This document shows, piece after piece, positions 48,564 through 57,858 of a stretch of DNA of 61,976 nt (the stretch's first letter is position 1; each line of letters opens with the position of its first letter). Source of the stretch: a virus (taxonomy: Duplodnaviria; Caudoviricetes). The position numbers were made by a program, and so were the translations under genes. The stretch spans positions 1 through 61,976 of IMG/VR virus record IMGVR_UViG_3300020340_000001; one strand, 5' to 3'. The notes below the pieces were generated by a model, which searched no databases, was not told where the DNA came from, and saw only the letters and a program-made list of their open reading frames with translations.

Positions 48564-49186
48564 GCCGTCTCCACTTTAACTTGACCACCTCGGTATGTAT
48601 CCTCGCGCAATTTACCGTCACCCAAGTTTTTAAGTAACGCTAACGACTGTGCATACATATTATCGTAAAGAGCCACCATATCTGGTTCTCCTTTTTGAAA
48701 TCTAATTGCTTCTACTAAAGTACCGTTTAACAATGCTGAATCAAACTCTGTGCCTAACCATGAAGTACCAGTAGTTACTATAGACTCTGGATAATAAGCA
48801 AAGTGTATTTCTGCATCGAAATTAGCGTTAGGAGTTGGCCCTACTATAAAGCTAGTTTCGTCAAAAATAGCATAATGCACAGGCACTCCTGTTGTAGCAG
48901 GGTTAGGATAGGCTTCACGCATAAAGTTTACATCTTTATCTAATAGATAAATGTAATCACTACCACTTATTATGGCTAAAGAGTAAGCATACAAAAAACC
49001 AGAAGGCATTGTTAAATATTTATTACCGTTAGTTAATGACCCTGTTTGATTCTTTCGCAGTGCAGGTAAAGAAACAGTAGTGTATATTTTTTGCTCTGCT
49101 TGTTTAGTAAACATAGCAAGCTGGTCATCCGTGAACGTTTGCTCACAAATGTCATTAACATTGGTTTTAAGCTCTGTGTAGTTCAC
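48560..49186 (-). CDS. Head-tail adaptor / tail tubular-like protein
   Basis: MNYTELK..., G.P.HYA, GPTP, LL.G.LVEA. Confidence 0.65.
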   Translation of the reverse strand: MNYTELKTNVNDICEQTFTDDQLAMFTKQAEQKIYTTVSLPALRKNQTGSLTNGNKYLTMPSGFLYAYSLAIISGSDYIYLLDKDVNFMREAYPNPATTGVPVHYAIFDETSFIVGPTPNANFDAEIHFAYYPESIVTTGTSWLGTEFDSALLNGTLVEAIRFQKGEPDMVALYDNMYAQSLALLKNLGDGKLREDTYRGGQVKVETA

Positions 49187-49359
49187 TACGCCATCGGACC
49201 TCTTGCTTTAGTACCCTTAGTAGCCGCACCATTACCACGAGTTTCTATACCGCTTGTCTTCATGTTAATAGGTTGATTGACCTGTGTGCCGGGGCTATAA
49301 ACTGTAGGCTCGTTTGGAAGCTCTATAATCTTAGGTGCTTTTTTACTTTCTTTTTTCAT
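49186..49359 (-). CDS. Small basic protein (57 aa), not in ORF track
   Basis: GAGGT SD; MKKESKK...RGNGAATKGTKARGPMA*. Confidence 0.7.
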   Translation of the reverse strand: MKKESKKAPKIIELPNEPTVYSPGTQVNQPINMKTSGIETRGNGAATKGTKARGPMA

Positions 49360-49371
49360 TCTAAATACCTC

Positions 49372-50034
49372 TTACGGTGTGTTAGCTTGACCACCCATTC
49401 CACTATGAGCAGAACAATAATAATATAAAGTAGGTGCTGGATCGGGCACTGTTATTTGTGTGTAAGCCCCTGCATTTCCGGGGACTCCTACTTTAGTTAC
49501 TCCTGTTGTATATTCTGACCCTCCACCCCATGTTCCATTGGGCGTAGTTGAAAGCCGTAATGGATGCGTTCCGTTTGTACCATCTGATTGGTCAAACTTG
49601 TAAGTTAGTCCTTCTGTTAAATCTATTGTAGGACTCACCACGCCTCCTAAATAAAATTTATTACCCGTTCCATACGAGTTTGTGCCTGTTGCAACTGTTA
49701 CTATAAAAGTATTAGTCACTATTCCTGATATAGTTACAACGCCAACTTTACCAAACCCAACAACTATAGAAGGGTCAATTGGTTCTATATGTGCCCTACT
49801 CGCAGCTAGTTCTGCAAAGTCAGGTCTAGGGTTTCTAAGAGCTTGCGGGTCATCTACCGGAAACTCCCCTAATTTATTTTGCGGTTGGTCTGGATTCCAA
49901 CACTCAGGACAGGCTTTTACTTGTGTTGTTACACCTCTAACAACTAAACTTCTCAACTGCCCTAGTCTGTACTGAAAACCACACACATCACAAATAGCTA
50001 ATGCGTTATGACCCGCTGCAAACCTTTGCCCCAT
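49372..50034 (-). CDS. Zn-finger N-domain fused to a cupredoxin-like C-domain
   Basis: CDVCG...CPEC; YKFDQSD..N.THPL...LYYYCSAHSGMG. Confidence 0.65.
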   Translation of the reverse strand: MGQRFAAGHNALAICDVCGFQYRLGQLRSLVVRGVTTQVKACPECWNPDQPQNKLGEFPVDDPQALRNPRPDFAELAASRAHIEPIDPSIVVGFGKVGVVTISGIVTNTFIVTVATGTNSYGTGNKFYLGGVVSPTIDLTEGLTYKFDQSDGTNGTHPLRLSTTPNGTWGGGSEYTTGVTKVGVPGNAGAYTQITVPDPAPTLYYYCSAHSGMGGQANTP

Positions 50035-50037
50035 TGT

Positions 50038-50742
50038 TTAATTTGTCCCGAATAAACGTGGTATTAAACTAATAGTAGCTTTTTCTCTATCCTCTCCTGC
50101 GGCTAACTCAAATGCTTCTTCGTAAGCTGCTTTTAATATAGGGAGACGTGTAACCAATTCTGGGTCTTTCATTGCTACGTAATAAGCTAACCCCGCTACT
50201 AAACAAGGTAGAAACCTAAAATTAACATCCGCAGTTTGTATACCTGCCCCTGCGTCTTGTATACGCCGCATCCTGTAATACTTTAATACGTACGTAGGGG
50301 AATCAGCAGTGCCTTGGTCGGGAACAGGCCACACCGTAGCTGTAGGATTATCCCGCGCTCTATCTATATAGATTTGTATGGGACGACCCTGACTTAGTTT
50401 GTTAGGAATAGTTGCATACGTAGCCACACTAATACGCGATAAAGTAAGATCAGATTGTGTACTAACATTACCACTGTTAGTTCTAATAACCTGCTCTAAC
50501 AAATCTATTGTATCAGCAGGTAAATCGTAAGTAGCTGTACCGCTTACTAAATTTATAGTTCCAGAATCTATGGTCCACATATTGATCCCACGATTTTGCC
50601 ACTCAATAGTAAGCAAATTCATAGACCGCCTTGCGGTGCGTAGGTCGTAGCCAGAACGCATTTCGCGCCCAGCTCGTTCCCACGCCTCTTCAGCGATTTC
50701 AGTGAAATCCATGTTAAACGCAGTAGTACCGGAAGTAGCCAT
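50038..50742 (-). CDS. Head-tail connector / tail tubular protein
   Basis: ARRSMNLL..EW.NRG.N.W, GRP.Q, WPVPD, RFLPCLVAGLAYY. Confidence 0.65.
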   Translation of the reverse strand: MATSGTTAFNMDFTEIAEEAWERAGREMRSGYDLRTARRSMNLLTIEWQNRGINMWTIDSGTINLVSGTATYDLPADTIDLLEQVIRTNSGNVSTQSDLTLSRISVATYATIPNKLSQGRPIQIYIDRARDNPTATVWPVPDQGTADSPTYVLKYYRMRRIQDAGAGIQTADVNFRFLPCLVAGLAYYVAMKDPELVTRLPILKAAYEEAFELAAGEDREKATISLIPRLFGTN

Positions 50743-50745
50743 AGT

Positions 50746-50904
50746 TTACTTCTTCTTCTTTTTAGTCTTCTTAGTCTTTCTTTTAACTGGGCCTTTCTTT
50801 TTAGCGCCCGCTTTACCCCCACCTTTCATACCCATGACTTTCTTACCTGCCATACCACCGCCACGCATACGTCTAACTGGTCCTGCTTTCTTTGCTCCGG
50901 GCAT
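50746..50904 (-). CDS. Small Lys/Gly-rich basic protein
   Basis: GGAGG SD; MPGAKKAGPVRRMRGGG...KKKKK. Confidence 0.6.
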   Translation of the reverse strand: MPGAKKAGPVRRMRGGGMAGKKVMGMKGGGKAGAKKKGPVKRKTKKTKKKKK

Positions 50905-51463
50905 TTTGTAGCCTCCTATAAAATTTAGTACGTAGTTTGTACATTGCTTCTGTATCATATTCTTGGAAACTTCTATCGTAGTACCCAAGAGGTCTTAACT
51001 TCTCGGCAGCTTTCTCTAACTTAGATAATCGCTGCACAAATAACAAAGCGTATTCAGTATCTGTTTCTGGTTCAAACGCTTCACTATCTAATAATTCTTG
51101 CTCTCCATCATCAGGATGAAAGCCCATTACCCACATATCTCTATCTCTAAAAACATTGTCTGCAATGGCTTTGTTTACGTTATCTACAAACTGATGAAAC
51201 TCGTCATTGTCTCTTATAAATTCTGTATCAACTATAATTGTTAAGTCCTTTAAATCACTCCAATTATGAAGTGCCATGTATAACTGCTTGTAATCTTCTT
51301 TCTCAAACTTAAAAACTATTTTTACTTTATGCTCTTGCCACGCTGCTTTTGCATAAGGGCAAGCTGGTAAATCGTTAAACTCTGGATTACTTGGTTCTAG
51401 TACCTGTTCAGACCAATCTTTTATTTCCTTGATTATTCCTGTTCGTTCGTCCCAAGTAATCAT
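50873..51463 (-). CDS. DUF1415-like protein
   Basis: LPACPYAKAA and MGFHP motifs. Confidence 0.55.
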   Translation of the reverse strand: MITWDERTGIIKEIKDWSEQVLEPSNPEFNDLPACPYAKAAWQEHKVKIVFKFEKEDYKQLYMALHNWSDLKDLTIIVDTEFIRDNDEFHQFVDNVNKAIADNVFRDRDMWVMGFHPDDGEQELLDSEAFEPETDTEYALLFVQRLSKLEKAAEKLRPLGYYDRSFQEYDTEAMYKLRTKFYRRLQNARSKESRTS

Positions 51464-51753
51464 TTCTTTTTCTTAGCAGGTTTCTTCCGTCTAACCGCTT
51501 GAACTCTTCTTGGCTTACCTGCTGGTTGTCCTAACCTTTTTTTCTGTGCAACTCTTTTTCTTTTCTCTGAAGTAGTCATTTCAGAAGAAGTCTTAGGTGT
51601 TTTACTTGACACCCTTTTTGTCGGTCTACAGTAAGGAGTACCTCTTTTCTCTCCTTTCTGTCGTCCACAAGCCTTGCCCGTTCGCACATCCTTCCAGTCT
51701 TCCTTGAACCAACGTTTTAACGCAGCTCCCTTTTTTGTTTTACGAACAGCCAC
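51460..51753 (-). CDS. Small basic protein
   Basis: LKRWFKEDWKDV.TGK.CGR...PYCRP. Confidence 0.75.
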   Translation of the reverse strand: MAVRKTKKGAALKRWFKEDWKDVRTGKACGRQKGEKRGTPYCRPTKRVSSKTPKTSSEMTTSEKRKRVAQKKRLGQPAGKPRRVQAVRRKKPAKKKK

Positions 51754-51935
51754 TAAGACTTATTTCCCCAGTTCTTAGCCCCTACCTTACGACACTTGGC
51801 AATAGCTCCAGAAGCGTAAGCAGATGGAAATACTTTGTACCGAGACTTTACTTTGTGATAACAGGCATCTTTAGTAGAACCACCTTTCTTTAACGCTACA
51901 GGTTTTATTCTACCCATACCTCTACACTTCATCAT
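51753..51935 (-). CDS. Small basic protein
   Basis: DACYHKVKSRYKVFPSAYASGAIAKCRK. Confidence 0.75.
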   Translation of the reverse strand: MMKCRGMGRIKPVALKKGGSTKDACYHKVKSRYKVFPSAYASGAIAKCRKVGAKNWGNKS

Positions 51936-51940
51936 AACGA

Positions 51941-52324
51941 CTAACCCATCTTAACCATTTTAGCAGGGCGTACACCGCGTGAAGCAATTCCAGCTCCGCG
52001 CACTATGCCACCTTTATTCATTCCCATGTCACGCAAGGTTTGTCCTTCTTCATCTCTGATGCGTTTCATTTCTTGCTTTTTGTCCATTCTTTCTTTTGCG
52101 TCTCTTGGACGACGTTTTTTAACACGTTCCGTTTCTTCTACTTCTTCTTCAATTGCTTCCATCCGTTTACTAGTCACTGTCTTACCCCTTGAAAAGGTTT
52201 TACCTTTATCAGCTTTTTCGTATTCACGTCCTACACTTTGTGGGACACCCACTTCTTTTGCAAACTCAGGATTATTTGCTACTGCTTTCATAAACCTATG
52301 TTGCTTTTTAGATTTACTAGGCAC
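51941..52324 (-). CDS. Basic protein
   Basis: (V/M)PSKSKKQHRFMKAVANNPEFAKEVGVPQSVG; probable GTG start at 52324. Confidence 0.7.
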   Translation of the reverse strand: MPSKSKKQHRFMKAVANNPEFAKEVGVPQSVGREYEKADKGKTFSRGKTVTSKRMEAIEEEVEETERVKKRRPRDAKERMDKKQEMKRIRDEEGQTLRDMGMNKGGIVRGAGIASRGVRPAKMVKMG

Positions 52325-52623
52325 TAGCACTTCCACCGTTTTCTTGCTTGACGCAGCCTAGAATTAGGGTTCTTAGCTGCTTTTGGAAACTTTTTCATCT
52401 GACCAGCAGAACGCGCACAGAACGACTTACGCCGCTTTGCTGCCTTGCTGCCTTTCTTTACTTTACCAGTAACGGCTGTCTTGAGCTTAGAGCCGGGATT
52501 GTCTCTACGGTATTTAGCCACACCCTTCTTGGTCATACCTGCGCCAGATTTAGTCGGACGCTTATGACCACCTTTAATGGTGTGGCCTTTCATAGTTCCC
52601 TTTCTGCCCGCTTGTTTAGCCAC
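52324..52623 (-). CDS. Small basic protein
   Basis: NPGSKLK...RRKSFCARS...SRLRQARKRWKC. Confidence 0.75.
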   Translation of the reverse strand: MAKQAGRKGTMKGHTIKGGHKRPTKSGAGMTKKGVAKYRRDNPGSKLKTAVTGKVKKGSKAAKRRKSFCARSAGQMKKFPKAAKNPNSRLRQARKRWKC

Positions 52624-53215
52624 AAAACACCGTTACATTAGTAATGTTGCTTAGAGTCAGTATTGTAAAGTCACTACTACTATTACTGCGCTGAGTAAGA
52701 ATACCCTCGTCAGGTATAGTTACACTGTCAGCAAATGAGGAAGCAGACGCGGGAGTATCAACTTGTAGAAGAAGAGTTCCGCTGACGCTGTTAAGGTTAA
52801 ACTTTAATGACCCCGCAGAACCTGCACCTACATAATAGACACTCTTAATCCTAGTGCGACCAAACGCTAACGAACCTGTAGTACCAATACTTACGTTACC
52901 CGCAGAAGCACCACTAGCTACTACACTAGTTACCACCGTATAGAAATTAGTAGAAGAAGCAGTGCCAGCGTTAGCTCCTGTTACTACTTCAGTAGTAGCT
53001 TCACCAGTAAGACTACCCACTTTAATTCCTGTTATGGTAAATGTAATACCAGTATCGTTACCCGCAGAAGTAAACAACAGTTTATAACCAGTACCACTAG
53101 GACTAACATCATTAGTAAGCAACGTAACAGCTCCAGCACCACTAATACCTGCCGCTGCTTTTAACAACGTAGCACTAGTGGAGGGAGTTATGGCGAAAAT
53201 ATCACCTTTGGACAT
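52616..53215 (-). CDS. Virion structural protein
   Basis: S/T/G-rich beta protein in the capsid operon. Confidence 0.7.
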   Translation of the reverse strand: MSKGDIFAITPSTSATLLKAAAGISGAGAVTLLTNDVSPSGTGYKLLFTSAGNDTGITFTITGIKVGSLTGEATTEVVTGANAGTASSTNFYTVVTSVVASGASAGNVSIGTTGSLAFGRTRIKSVYYVGAGSAGSLKFNLNSVSGTLLLQVDTPASASSFADSVTIPDEGILTQRSNSSSDFTILTLSNITNVTVFCG

Positions 53216-53218
53216 AAC

Positions 53219-53347
53219 TTACTCCTTAATTTCACCCCGCAATACAGCGGCTTTATACTCAGCAGTGCCGGGTACAAGGCCACCTTTTGCAGCTTTTTTA
53301 GGGGCCGCTTTCTTTTTAGCGGGTGCTTTTTTCTTAGCCGTAGCCAT
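53219..53347 (-). CDS. Tiny histone-H1-like peptide (42 aa), not in ORF track
   Basis: GGGGG SD; MATAKKKAPAKKKAAPKKAAKGGLVPGTAEYKAAVLRGEIKE*. Confidence 0.65.
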   Translation of the reverse strand: MATAKKKAPAKKKAAPKKAAKGGLVPGTAEYKAAVLRGEIKE

Positions 53348-53359
53348 AATTACCCCCTA

Positions 53360-54061
53360 TTAACGAGTTCTAGCGCCCATTAAATAATCAATAGTAGTTA
53401 CACGAGTACCTGATGCACTACCAGATAAACTCATGGCTGCTATAGCCAAGTTTTCATCATCAGGGATATTTGTACTGTGCGTAGCAACGAGTTTGTCATT
53501 GATAAAAAACTCAACTTTGCCAGTTCCAGAACAAGCGATACCTAGTTTGATGTAAGTATCATCAACCATATCAATGCCCGAATCAGTAGAAGTTTCAGTG
53601 CCATCTTTTTCTGTCTTACACAGAATAGAAGCATCTCCATCGTCTACTTGGAACACGATACGATCTGTTGCAGTTAGCATGTTTTCTGGATTAGTAGCAA
53701 AATTAACGGTAAAACCAACACATATATCTGTTTGATCTACATCGTTATTTTTAATACGTGTCTGAAAAAACATGTTCTTATCTGCTGCAACAGCAAAAAT
53801 TTCATTGCCTTGTACAGAACCACCGTCATTATCGGTAGTAGCTGCGGAAGTAATTCCAAGCTCTCCACCTACAGTGTCAGCTACGATAGCTACAGTTGCA
53901 CCGGAATCTTTTACGGTGGTCCAACCAGTATCTAGCTCATAGACAAAATCGTCTTCTATGCAAAAGTAATCAGGGTTAATTGACATTGGCATTTCACGGA
54001 GGTCTTTATAACCAGCCGCATAGCCGCTGTACAACACGGGGGTATTGTGATGAGTAGCCAT
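53360..54061 (-). CDS. Putative minor capsid/decoration protein
   Basis: Immediately after MCP; EDDF...W, beta-rich lectin-like fold. Confidence 0.6.
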   Translation of the reverse strand: MATHHNTPVLYSGYAAGYKDLREMPMSINPDYFCIEDDFVYELDTGWTTVKDSGATVAIVADTVGGELGITSAATTDNDGGSVQGNEIFAVAADKNMFFQTRIKNNDVDQTDICVGFTVNFATNPENMLTATDRIVFQVDDGDASILCKTEKDGTETSTDSGIDMVDDTYIKLGIACSGTGKVEFFINDKLVATHSTNIPDDENLAIAAMSLSGSASGTRVTTIDYLMGARTR

Positions 54062-54134
54062 ATATTTCTCCTGTCGTGGCTAAAGTCTGCCGCCTCCCCA
54101 ATGGAGCGCAGTCAGGATGGATTTATAGTATACC

Positions 54135-54163
54135 AAAGAAAAAGGGGCAACAAGTGCCCCTCT
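54135..54163 (-). terminator. Terminator after the major capsid gene
   Basis: Minus strand AGGGGCA-CTTGT-TGCCCCT followed by TTTTCTTT. Confidence 0.8.
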
Positions 54164-54174
54164 CTCAACTAGCT

Positions 54175-55086
54175 TTAACTAGCTCCGGGCGAACCGAAGA
54201 TACCTAGTGGGTCAGATACGCCAAAGCTATAACGCTCACGAGCTTTATATCGACTGTTACCAGTATCGAAATCAGCATCCATTGAGGTTTGCATCGGTGT
54301 ACGCACGAAGTGCTTAAGACCGTTTGGAACGTCAGTCAACAAGAACCAAGCATTGGTATCAGTCAGATAATGGTTAACTGTGTAACCTTCTGGGATTGAA
54401 CCGTTATGCCGTAGGGCGTTGATGTCGTTGTCAGATGTGTTCACACGTAGTTCAGTATCTAGCAAACGAGTCGCTACAAACTGAAGGTCCGAGGGAACTA
54501 CCAACTTACGAGGCTTGGCTGCTATTAACAGGCCACGCTCGTCAGTCCAACCAGCAATCTGAATGACCGCAGCTTCCAAAGAAGTCTCGTTCAAATCAGC
54601 GCCAGTTGCTGGCTCATTAGAGTTAGTACCACCAGACACCAGAGGGTGTGCAGTAGAACAAAGCTCTACACCGTCGCCATAAGTAAAGTTGCTATCAAAC
54701 GCATTGTTTAATATTGCAGCTCCCTTAACTTGCTTGGTATAAGCCATTGCGCGTGCTAGTGCTTTAGTATATCTAGCAGACAAGGAATCATACAGGTTGT
54801 CCTCAATAGCTTCTTCAGTTACTGAGAATCCCATAGAAATTGTCTCGTGGTTATACCGAGCAGTGTACGCTTCTTGGGCATTATCATAAGCAATCGCAGC
54901 GCCTTCGTTTTTAACTGGGGCAGCTCCGAAGCCTGACAACTTAGTTTCTTCTTCAAAGGAACGGTCAGAACTCTCTGTTTCAAAGATTTCTGCGGCTTCC
55001 TCACCATATTTTGCATACTCAAGACCAAACAGGGCGTTCAGGCCCGGAAGAAGCTCTTTGAGTAATTGCGCTCTTGAAATAGCCAT
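54175..55086 (-). CDS. Major capsid protein
   Basis: MAISRAQLLKELLPGLNALFGLEY, EEAIEDNLY, RERYSFG.SDP.GIFGSPG; position after scaffold and own terminator. Confidence 0.88.
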   Translation of the reverse strand: MAISRAQLLKELLPGLNALFGLEYAKYGEEAAEIFETESSDRSFEEETKLSGFGAAPVKNEGAAIAYDNAQEAYTARYNHETISMGFSVTEEAIEDNLYDSLSARYTKALARAMAYTKQVKGAAILNNAFDSNFTYGDGVELCSTAHPLVSGGTNSNEPATGADLNETSLEAAVIQIAGWTDERGLLIAAKPRKLVVPSDLQFVATRLLDTELRVNTSDNDINALRHNGSIPEGYTVNHYLTDTNAWFLLTDVPNGLKHFVRTPMQTSMDADFDTGNSRYKARERYSFGVSDPLGIFGSPGAS

Positions 55087-55100
55087 ATCTCAATAACTCC

Positions 55101-55706
55101 TTATATTCCAGTCTTGTTAGTGTATGAATGCGAATCTGGATTAAATTTAACCAACAAATCCGTATACGCATCGCCAATGGTAGACCCCGGTGCGTCAACA
55201 AAATCAACGATTCTGAAAGCAAAACCAGAGGTTACAGCAGTTGTAGCCGATACAGCACTAGTAGAATTACCAGTAGTAGTATCTCCAGTGTTAGTAGACT
55301 GAACTGCTGCCAAATGGCAATTTTGACCCAAATCCGCCTGAGTGACAGCGCCATCGGCCTGTACTTGGAAGACCACATCAGGGTCATCAACAATATAAGC
55401 CATAGCGTCAGACGCTACAGTGCTGGCAGGCCAATTTTGCTTAAAAGTGATGTTTCCTGTGTTTGGATCAGTATAGGTACAACCGACAAATACACCGATA
55501 GTACCTGCTGGAAATGGAGTTGAGTTATCTCCATTTGTCGTCACGATTTCAATAGTACCGCCAGCTACAATGGCTACAATAGACCCATTGAAGATATTAG
55601 TACCATAACCGGACGCTATCTTTATCTGACGGGTGGAACCAGCGTAAGGCTGTCCTCCTATCAGATTTACGGCTTTTAAACCGTAAGGGGTAGCGGATGA
55701 TGCCAT
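55101..55706 (-). CDS. Capsid cement/decoration protein
   Basis: PYGLK, GVFVGC.YTDP, DDPDVVF.VQAD; directly upstream of MCP. Confidence 0.65.
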   Translation of the reverse strand: MASSATPYGLKAVNLIGGQPYAGSTRQIKIASGYGTNIFNGSIVAIVAGGTIEIVTTNGDNSTPFPAGTIGVFVGCTYTDPNTGNITFKQNWPASTVASDAMAYIVDDPDVVFQVQADGAVTQADLGQNCHLAAVQSTNTGDTTTGNSTSAVSATTAVTSGFAFRIVDFVDAPGSTIGDAYTDLLVKFNPDSHSYTNKTGI

Positions 55707-55719
55707 GATAGACTCCTAA

Positions 55720-56169
55720 TTATCCTTTACCAAAAGTAACCGTCGATTTCCTATCGTTAAATATAGGCATACGAGGATCACTTTCACGCATTAAGTTATT
55801 GTCAACTGAACGCATTTGGGCAGCGGTTTGCTGCTTGTAATAATCATTACGTTCCTTGACAAGCTCTTCGGGAGCTTTACAAAGCATTAAACCACCTACG
55901 ACAACATTATCTTTAAACCGATCATCTATAATAGAATCAGTAAAGATTTCTGGGTGGTCTTGAGCTTTTACTGGCTCCCAACCTTCTCGTAGCTTTGCGG
56001 AAACATTGGTGGCATCAGGAGTGCCACGAGTGCTTATACGTATCCAGCGATACTCATAACCGTCCTGCTTTTCAGGTCTAGGCAATACTTCTGGCCTTTC
56101 CCAAGAACGCTTTCTGGTTTTTGTAACTCTGGTATCTAACTCTCGATCTACTCTACTAGTATCACCCAT
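55720..56169 (-). CDS. Conserved head-module protein
   Basis: YRWIR...LREGWEPV...VGGLMLCK. Confidence 0.7.
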   Translation of the reverse strand: MGDTSRVDRELDTRVTKTRKRSWERPEVLPRPEKQDGYEYRWIRISTRGTPDATNVSAKLREGWEPVKAQDHPEIFTDSIIDDRFKDNVVVGGLMLCKAPEELVKERNDYYKQQTAAQMRSVDNNLMRESDPRMPIFNDRKSTVTFGKG

Positions 56170-57229
56170 TTTGTTTCCTCGCTAAATCAGCAACCTCTTT
56201 GGCGTATTGTTCCAGTGGAACCCCAAGTCTTTTCGCAACAGCTATTTGTGATTGCTTTAATCGAACCTTTTTAGGTCCAGTGCTCCGCGTAGCGGGTGCA
56301 ACCACATTGCTTGATCTTTTCTTGGGAGCCTCCTCTGGCTCGTCGTCTATCCCGTCATCAAACTGATCGGGGAATACTTGTCGCATACGAGAATTAATCC
56401 TCTCGTAGTATTCTTCCGATTGAGGACTTACGCCCTCTTTCGTCAATTTCGTATGCAAACCTAGTGCAAGCGCAGTCATTTCGTCGTCAGAACCAAACCA
56501 AGGATTTTTACTTCTCCATGCTTCAGCCTTCTCGTCTCGTGGTGCAGCTTGCGGTTTAGTCGCAAGTTCTTGTGATTGAACATTATTTTGTGCTGGTTGT
56601 AAAGCTCCTTCTTGAGTAGCAGCACGGGGTTTTAGTCCGTTAACCTTATCCATGCGGATTTGTGCTTGGTTTAAATCCTGTTGAGCTTTTAATATATTAT
56701 TAGAATCACCTGTGTCATACGCTTCCTTGTATTGTCTTTGAGCAAAAGCAAGCTCGGACTCGACTTGTTTCTTGGCAGACTCAATCAAAGCATTATGGCT
56801 TTCATCTCCCTTTGCCTTAAGTTTTTGATTTTCCTCAACAAGTTTTTGAGCATACGCTATTGCTTCTTCTCTTTCACGGGTAGCTTGTTCTTTAGCCCTT
56901 CGCTCATCATGGTAGCCTTTGCTAAAGTGTTGTATGCGTTTCTTAACTTTTTCTGAATAGTTTTCTAATTCTTCATTAGTTACTTCTTCAGGAGGTTCAG
57001 AAGGCGTACGCCCTCTGTCAGCAGGGGGTGTATCATCCTCTACTTCTATTTCAACCTCACTCTTTTCGGCTGCTTCCTTTTTATCGGGCTTCCCTATAGT
57101 TTCACGCCCTACCGCACCCTCTACCTCTATATTGGTATCTATTACTTCTTCTTCCTTTATTTCTACTTCCTGTAGTTTTTCATCCTTATCTGGGTCAGGA
57201 AACTCATACTCCACTTGTTGCATTGGCAT
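56162..57229 (-). CDS. Capsid scaffolding protein
   Basis: Acidic N-terminus, coiled coil, NPWFG, C-terminal AKRLGVPLEQYAK. Confidence 0.7.
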   Translation of the reverse strand: MPMQQVEYEFPDPDKDEKLQEVEIKEEEVIDTNIEVEGAVGRETIGKPDKKEAAEKSEVEIEVEDDTPPADRGRTPSEPPEEVTNEELENYSEKVKKRIQHFSKGYHDERRAKEQATREREEAIAYAQKLVEENQKLKAKGDESHNALIESAKKQVESELAFAQRQYKEAYDTGDSNNILKAQQDLNQAQIRMDKVNGLKPRAATQEGALQPAQNNVQSQELATKPQAAPRDEKAEAWRSKNPWFGSDDEMTALALGLHTKLTKEGVSPQSEEYYERINSRMRQVFPDQFDDGIDDEPEEAPKKRSSNVVAPATRSTGPKKVRLKQSQIAVAKRLGVPLEQYAKEVADLARKQNG

Positions 57230-57239
57230 AATTTACTCC

Positions 57240-57671
57240 TCACGCACGAGTCAGTTTACTCGGATCATCAATTACGGCTTCAATCGAATCATCATTCATA
57301 ATGCGATACTCGACATCACCCACTCTAATTCTTGTACCTGTATTAGCCCGAAAGACCACATAATCTCCTTCCTTGCACCACGGGCCATTAGGGAAACGCT
57401 CTTTATCCTTATAGGCTTCATCCCCCATATCGCAGACAACACCTGTCATCTGGAGAATGTTTTCTTCCCTTATGGTTTGAGTAGCTTTTGCAATACCACC
57501 CTCAAACTTGTCGTCTACATTCGCAAGAGCCACCATCACACGATACCCAACAGGTTTCGGTATGTGCTTGTCTAGCACCACTTCCTTTTGTCGTTCAAGC
57601 TCCTGTTCTTCTATCTTCTTCTTTCGCTTGGCCTCGATAGCCGTCATTTCAACTGCTGGTTCAGTCATCAT
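57240..57671 (-). CDS. groES: Co-chaperonin GroES-like
   Basis: KPVGYRVMV, GGI, GPWCKEGDYVVF, YRIMNDDSIEAVI. Confidence 0.85.
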   Translation of the reverse strand: MMTEPAVEMTAIEAKRKKKIEEQELERQKEVVLDKHIPKPVGYRVMVALANVDDKFEGGIAKATQTIREENILQMTGVVCDMGDEAYKDKERFPNGPWCKEGDYVVFRANTGTRIRVGDVEYRIMNDDSIEAVIDDPSKLTRA

Positions 57672-57858
57672 CGTCTTCCATATAGTTACGCGAGAGGTCT
57701 TGTATTTCTCTGCGTGCGGCAGCTAGACCCCGGATTACCCCGCACGATTCTTTGTATTCGGCGTAGTCTTGAGCACTACCGCCGTTCATCCATTCTTCTT
57801 GCTGTTTTTGCAAGTCCGTTAACTTTTCCTCAAGCACCTGAAAGACTGTTTTAGCCAT
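57661..57858 (-). CDS. Small hypothetical protein
   Basis: G.A.DYAEYK..CG.IRGL. Confidence 0.75.
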   Translation of the reverse strand: MAKTVFQVLEEKLTDLQKQQEEWMNGGSAQDYAEYKESCGVIRGLAAARREIQDLSRNYMEDDDD

